37,354 nt of DNA from IMG/VR virus record IMGVR_UViG_3300037722_000053, positions 1-37,354 of that record. The stretch is one strand, 5' to 3'. This stretch comes from a virus. Its lineage: Duplodnaviria > Caudoviricetes. Positions 36,154 through 37,354 of the stretch are shown here, piece after piece. Made by a program: the position numbers and the translations under genes. The notes beneath the pieces were generated by a model that did not search any database, had not been told where the DNA came from, and was given only the letters and a program-made list of their open reading frames with translations. The stretch's first letter is position 1. The number at the start of each line of letters is the position of its first letter.

Positions 36154-36860
36154 ACTTTTTGTTGGTCCTTTAGGTTTGGTCCTACGCTTACTTCACTGTT
36201 TAGAGGTAAGTCAAACTCCACCCCAAATAATCTATAGAAATTCGTTGGGATGTCTATTATTGACTGCTTAACTATTTCTACTACCCTACTATTATAGCAT
36301 GCTTCACAGTCAATGTCAATGCTGTCGTGAACGGTTGATTGAAATAACACAGGTATTTGGTCACGCCGCAGCCTTTTCCACATAGTTACTCTACCAATAG
36401 CCACTAAATCAGCCCCTAGGCCCTGAACAGGGTAGTTTAGTATTTTTGGCCTCCAGAACCACTCACGATGGGCTACATCAGCACGGGGGAAGGTGTAAGC
36501 TCTCCCCGTAGGGGCCACATATTGCCCTGTCTCTAGCACCGTCCTGACCAATCCTTGGTGCCATTGGGCAATTGTCGGGTATTTGTTGTAAAAGTCATCA
36601 ATTACACGCTGCCAATATTTCTGTGACTTTGAAATGTGATTAAATGCTGGGTCGTGGGCATAAGAATATGCCTGCCCGCCATAAATTAAACGAAATACAA
36701 ACGTTTTTGCTACAACTCTTTCGGGGAGATTGAAACGGGCTTGATTTGATGCATGAATATCTACCCCATTCTTAATTTCTTCTGTCAGGGTTGGATCGCG
36801 GCTTAGGTAAGCCGCTGTTACTAACTCCAGGCTTTTTACATCTAGATGTATTAGCGAGTT
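36150..36860 (-). CDS. polA: Family A DNA polymerase, catalytic C-terminal part; no canonical start before motifs A and B
   Basis: Frame is open from 36866: EVNSLIHLDVKSLELVTAAYLS (motif A), RVVAKTFVFRLIYGG (motif B), NYPVQG..AD, VHDS (motif C); first ATG/GTG/TTG is at 36551. Confidence 0.93.
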   Translation of the reverse strand, partial: NSLIHLDVKSLELVTAAYLSRDPTLTEEIKNGVDIHASNQARFNLPERVVAKTFVFRLIYGGQAYSYAHDPAFNHISKSQKYWQRVIDDFYNKYPTIAQWHQGLVRTVLETGQYVAPTGRAYTFPRADVAHREWFWRPKILNYPVQGLGADLVAIGRVTMWKRLRRDQIPVLFQSTVHDSIDIDCEACYNSRVVEIVKQSIIDIPTNFYRLFGVEFDLPLNSEVSVGPNLKDQQKV

Positions 36861-36866
36861 TACCTC

Positions 36867-37097
36867 TTATATGTTTGGGTCATTATCAATTTGATTTTGC
36901 CAAGGTTTGTTGATTTCATCTAGCTTGTCAGCTAGAGCACGAAGTAAATGAGCAGGCCAATAACCTCCATGTTGTATAGGCCAGAAATCATAAAATCCAT
37001 CTTCCTTCATTAAAATATCACCTATATAAACCCCATTTTCCCACTCAACTCTATATCCACCTTCAATTTTAGTTAAAACGAGAGGTGATGAATTCAT
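36867..37097 (-). CDS. 76 aa hypothetical protein inserted between the polymerase halves
   Basis: AAGGA RBS, then MNSSPLVLTKIEGGY..DGFYDFWP..LRALADKLDEIN. Confidence 0.7.
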   Translation of the reverse strand: MNSSPLVLTKIEGGYRVEWENGVYIGDILMKEDGFYDFWPIQHGGYWPAHLLRALADKLDEINKPWQNQIDNDPNI

Positions 37098-37354
37098 CCA
37101 TATCCTTTGGCATATTTTGTTGATTGGGTCGGGAACTGGACAAGCGGCCAGTAACAACATTGCACTGATTAAATTGACCATGTAGCATTCCATCCTGCCA
37201 GTCCATTTTATCCCTGATGGCTGGGAAGCCGTGATAGTATGTGCTGAGCAGCTTCGCTTGCTCGCTCTGTTTTAACAATAGGGAAAGTAGCCCTTTTGGC
37301 CCTGGAAGTTCTTTAAGGACATCTGCTCCTGTACTCCAGAACCCCTCTTTGGAG
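37069..37354 (-). CDS. polA: Family A DNA polymerase, N-terminal part, truncated by the window edge
   Basis: FWSTGADVLKEL, KLLSTY, LHGQFNQ..TGRLSSSRPNQQNMP..FITSRFN-stop. Confidence 0.93.
   Translation of the reverse strand, partial: SKEGFWSTGADVLKELPGPKGLLSLLLKQSEQAKLLSTYYHGFPAIRDKMDWQDGMLHGQFNQCNVVTGRLSSSRPNQQNMPKDMDEFITSRFN

Noticed and set aside
36150-36551. ORF track start of the polymerase C-half at TTG 36551
   Set aside because: It would omit motifs A and B, which are encoded in the same open frame upstream
36861-37071. Group I intron or intein in polA
   Set aside because: No recognisable P7 core or intein termini; the interval is filled by an ordinary ORF and is not a multiple of 3. 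Splicing is not formally excluded
37069-37080. -1 frameshift at T TTT AAC
   Set aside because: Not an X XXY YYZ heptamer, and any shift into the insert frame still stops at 36867
1-37354. Genome-wide stop codon reassignment
   Set aside because: Genes are intact in the standard code, TAA, TAG and TGA all end genes, and there is no suppressor tRNA

Overview
This window is a 37 kb segment of a tailed dsDNA phage with podovirus-like architecture. No integrase or repressor is visible. The left end has a GC-rich minus-strand gene with a structured leader, then an AT-rich non-coding control or terminus-like region with back-to-back sigma70 promoters. A long plus-strand late operon (1.8-28.5 kb) encodes TerS, HNH, TerL, portal, GroES, scaffold, major capsid protein, many accessory virion proteins, a glycosyltransferase, tailspike, adaptor, tail-collar fibre, tail hub, ejection proteins and a putative holin. 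It converges on a minus-strand early/middle operon (28.5-37.3 kb) with a DUF5675-like putative endolysin, a phospholipase A2-like protein, a nucleotide-pool enzyme cluster, HNH, a 5'-3' exonuclease, an RNA cluster, a putative SSB and a split family A DNA polymerase. The top candidate is the catalytic half of the polymerase: it has no start codon upstream of motifs A and B, and is linked to the upstream half by matched AAC codons 214 nt apart (AAC-stop, then GAGGTA-AAC), the layout expected for programmed translational bypassing. A mutated or miscalled TTG start is the main alternative. The second candidate is a cluster of two non-canonical tRNAs plus a 76-nt CCA-ending tRNA-like RNA. All calls come from motif recognition and hand folding; no searches were run.
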